Under the pieces are notes generated by a model. It worked only from the letters and a program-made list of their open reading frames with translations. It did no database searches and had not been told where the DNA came from. Made by a program: the position numbers and the translations under genes. A stretch of 26,674 nt of DNA, taken from the IMG/VR virus record IMGVR_UViG_3300016464_000385; one strand, 5' to 3'. The stretch comes from an uncultured virus (IMG/VR IMGVR_UViG_3300016464_000385). Taxonomy: Duplodnaviria > Heunggongvirae > Uroviricota > Caudoviricetes. Positions 23,979 to 26,674 of the stretch are shown here, piece by piece (positions within the stretch are counted from its first letter, which is position 1; each line of letters opens with the position of its first letter).

Positions 23979-25333
23979 TTATGAAAAATAATATAATTCT
24001 AAATTCAGATTCGTACAAATATAGTATGTTTAATCAGTATCCAAAAGGTACTGAAATAGTATATTCATATATCGAAAGTCGAGGCGGTAAGTGGGATTCT
24101 ACTCTATTCTTTGGTCTACAAGCATTTATTAAAGAATATTTACTAGAACCAATTACAAAAGATGATATTGACGTCGCTGAAAGTATAATTACAGCGCATG
24201 GAGAACCTTTTTATAAAGAAGGTTGGGAATATATCTTAAAAGAACATAATGGATTGCTTCCGGTAGTTATTAAAGCAGTTCCTGAAGGAACTATAGTTCC
24301 TGTCAAGAATGTATTAGTTACGATAGAAAATACAGACCCTAAATGTTTTTGGTTGACTACATTTCTTGAAACTGCATTGCTTCGTGCTGTTTGGTATCCT
24401 ACTACAGTAGCAACTAATAGTTATGAAAGTAAAAAGATTATTTTAAAATGGTTAAGAAAAAATGGCACTCCTACTGATATTGATTTTCGCTTGCATGATT
24501 TCGGTTCTAGAGGCGTTTCTAGTCTTGAAAGTTCTGCAATTGGTGGAGCAGCGCACCTCGTTAACTTTATGGGGACTGATAACGTTGCTGGTCTTTGTTT
24601 TACACGTTCTTATTACAATGGTGGGATTACAGGCTTTAGTGTTCCAGCAATGGAACATTCAACTGTAACTAGTTGGGGTCGTGAAAATGAAGTAGAAGCA
24701 TATCGTAATATGATTAGAAATAATCCAAATGGTATTATTTCGATTGTAAGTGATAGTTATGATATATATAAAGCATGTCATATGTATGGAACAGTGCTAA
24801 AACAAGACATTATTGACAACAATATTCAATTAGTAGTTCGTCCAGATAGCGGTATTCCTAATGTAGTAGTATCTTCTTGTTTAGATGTTTTAGATTGCTT
24901 TTTTGGTCATATTATTAATGATAAAGGATATAAGGTTATTAATAACGTTAAAGTCCTGCAAGGAGATGGAATTAATGGTAAAACTATTGACTTAATCTTA
25001 GAAACTGCAGATTCATATGGTTATAGTGCAGATAATATTCTATTCGGTCAAGGTGGAGCATTACTTCAACAAGTAGATAGAGATACTCAAAAATTCGCAA
25101 TGAAATGCTCTGCTATTAGAGTAAATGGTGAATGGAGACATGTATTTAAAGATCCTGTTACAGATCCTGGTAAATCTTCTAAAAAAGGTAGAGTAACTCT
25201 ATATAAAGAACATGGTAGGTATTATTCTGGCGTTGAAGATTGGCCTACTCCTGTATTAGAAACCGTATTTGAGAACGGTAAAATCGTTAAAGAATATACA
25301 TTCGAAGAAGTTCGTAAGAACTCTAGGAGTTAA
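23975..25333 (+). CDS. nadV: Nicotinamide phosphoribosyltransferase (NAMPT)
   Basis: DSYKYS, LHDFGSRG, PAMEHST, VVRPDSG, QGDGI, KDPVTDPGKSSKKG. Confidence 0.96.
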   Translation: MIMKNNIILNSDSYKYSMFNQYPKGTEIVYSYIESRGGKWDSTLFFGLQAFIKEYLLEPITKDDIDVAESIITAHGEPFYKEGWEYILKEHNGLLPVVIKAVPEGTIVPVKNVLVTIENTDPKCFWLTTFLETALLRAVWYPTTVATNSYESKKIILKWLRKNGTPTDIDFRLHDFGSRGVSSLESSAIGGAAHLVNFMGTDNVAGLCFTRSYYNGGITGFSVPAMEHSTVTSWGRENEVEAYRNMIRNNPNGIISIVSDSYDIYKACHMYGTVLKQDIIDNNIQLVVRPDSGIPNVVVSSCLDVLDCFFGHIINDKGYKVINNVKVLQGDGINGKTIDLILETADSYGYSADNILFGQGGALLQQVDRDTQKFAMKCSAIRVNGEWRHVFKDPVTDPGKSSKKGRVTLYKEHGRYYSGVEDWPTPVLETVFENGKIVKEYTFEEVRKNSRS

Positions 25334-25362
25334 ATAAATAATTTTATTTGAGGAGTGATAAA

Positions 25363-25434
25363 ATGTGGACTAAACCAACATTCAAAGATATCAGATTAGG
25401 GTTTGAAGTTACTTGTTATATTCTAGTAAAATAA
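25363..25434 (+). CDS. pqqA: PQQ precursor peptide PqqA (not in ORF track)
   Basis: [23 protein letters not shown], 23 aa, with the W-x-K-P and R-L-G-F-E-x-x-x-Y signature; GAGGAG RBS. Confidence 0.92.
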   Translation: MWTKPTFKDIRLGFEVTCYILVK

Positions 25435-25437
25435 AAT

Positions 25438-25460
25438 AAGGGGACCGAAGTCCCCTTTTT
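25438..25460 (+). terminator. Intrinsic, probably bidirectional, terminator
   Basis: AAGGGGAC-CGAA-GTCCCCTT plus T-run. Confidence 0.85.
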
Positions 25461-25461
25461 A

Positions 25462-26232
25462 TTAAGTTGTTATTCCAATCTGAATATTTCCTGACCAAAC
25501 TGCCTGATATATTTCCTCGTTCATACCTTCTCCAAACATAGCACGATACTTTTTGGTATGTTTAGATTCTTTGGTTTTAGCAGTAGCATCTCCCGGAGCT
25601 GGTTCATATGCTCTTGAATCGCTATCTGACATCTTATTAGCTTTTTCCCAATGAGCTGCTCTGGCTTTTGCTGTACTAGGAGATAACCCAGCAACATATT
25701 TCTTAGGTAAACCAGACTCTTTATCTTTTGCTACTCTAGGTAACTTACTAGTATCTCCTTCATGAAGATCTTTATCTGCTCCATGATATGTCCCTTTTCC
25801 TTTAGTAATATAAGAGTTCACTCTAGCCATTCCCCATTGTTGAGGCGTTGTTCCTGGACGATGACCAGAATTCCAAGCAGCAACTCCTCGACGATAAACT
25901 TTACGCAAAGTTCCTATAGAAATACCAGACTTCTTTGCTTTATTTGCTAAACCAGTATCTGCCGCTTCACAAATATCAATCTGGTAATCTTCTTTCATTT
26001 CTGTAGTAAGATAATCGCTGATAGTCTGTAAATAATCTTTAGCAATAGCAATCTTAGATTGACACCACTCTGGCATATTACTATTATCTTCTAACATCCC
26101 AGCAATACGTTGAGCATGCATCATAATAATATGCATATCGTTCTTTGCCATCTCTCCTTCGAAATCATATTCTCTTGGATTGTTTTCTTCCTTTTCTGAA
26201 ATGCTACCGTTAAATTCTTTAAAAGTTTTCAT
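25462..26232 (-). CDS. Putative internal head protein with conserved T4-like modules
   Basis: MKTFKEFNGSISE N-terminus; MPEWCQSKIA and VYRRGVAAW..QQWGMARVNS modules; TATAAATA upstream on the minus strand. Confidence 0.65.
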   Translation of the reverse strand: MKTFKEFNGSISEKEENNPREYDFEGEMAKNDMHIIMMHAQRIAGMLEDNSNMPEWCQSKIAIAKDYLQTISDYLTTEMKEDYQIDICEAADTGLANKAKKSGISIGTLRKVYRRGVAAWNSGHRPGTTPQQWGMARVNSYITKGKGTYHGADKDLHEGDTSKLPRVAKDKESGLPKKYVAGLSPSTAKARAAHWEKANKMSDSDSRAYEPAPGDATAKTKESKHTKKYRAMFGEGMNEEIYQAVWSGNIQIGITT

Positions 26233-26300
26233 GTCTTATCGCCTTCGTTTGAATTGATACTTTTATATTTATAAATACATATTTTCCATCAGGAACTCAA

Positions 26301-26657
26301 ATGCTTTTACTTTTATTTGCATTATTTTTAAAACACTTTATCGCTGATTTTGTTTTCCAGACAAAATATCAATGGTCGAATAAAGGAACATTCCTACACC
26401 CAGGCGGTCTACTCCACTCAGGAATCCATGCTTTACTTACTATAGTTGTATTAATGATATTTGATGTATGTTATATCGAACTGGTATTATTAGATTTCTT
26501 CTCGCATTATATAATAGATTATAGTAAAGTTAATATTAATAGAATATTAAAATATACTCCAGATTCATATGGTTTCTGGGTTATGACAGGACTAGACCAA
26601 TTTCTACACTACTTGACTTATCTTTATATTTCGTATATAATATACCTCTTAAATTAA
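26301..26657 (+). CDS. DUF3307-like membrane protein
   Basis: KHFIADFVFQ, HSGIH, HYIIDYSK, GLDQFLH motifs. Confidence 0.85.
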   Translation: MLLLLFALFLKHFIADFVFQTKYQWSNKGTFLHPGGLLHSGIHALLTIVVLMIFDVCYIELVLLDFFSHYIIDYSKVNINRILKYTPDSYGFWVMTGLDQFLHYLTYLYISYIIYLLN

Positions 26658-26674
26658 GAAAGAACAAGAGATAT

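Noticed and set aside
1252..25950. Short antisense or alternate-frame ORFs inside real genes (e.g. 1252, 1882, 2706, 5314, 9611, 14663, 15815, 18081, 18739, 19110, 19318, 20890, 20985, 21220, 24452, 24462, 25762)
   Set aside because: Shadow ORFs with no RBS or recognisable motifs. The Leu/Gln repeat at 20890 is just the APAS repeat read in another frame.

Overview
AT-rich segment of a large T4-like (Tevenvirinae/Kyanoviridae-like) phage genome that probably infects a gammaproteobacterial methanotroph. The left part holds gp32, gp59, gp33, rlpA, an exonuclease, phoH, a DenV-family protein and a plcP/agt-like pair. The centre (9.9-20.2 kb) is an array of 23 tRNA genes invaded by four free-standing homing endonucleases, each of whose stop codon lies inside the next tRNA. 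The right part holds pmoC, NadM-Nudix, NAMPT and a pqqA missed by the ORF track. The most unusual feature is a family of eight short structured elements. They share a closing stem plus a T(A/T)CAGC motif and carry circularly permuted tRNA bodies or bare anticodon stem-loops. Six of them flank a DUF2828-vWA (Ro60/TROVE-like) gene, suggesting an undescribed Y-RNA-like ribonucleoprotein or tRNA-decoy system. A second long-stem ncRNA family, a leader-peptide attenuator and an rrn-type boxA lie at or near the start of the tRNA array. All folds were read by eye and no searches were run.
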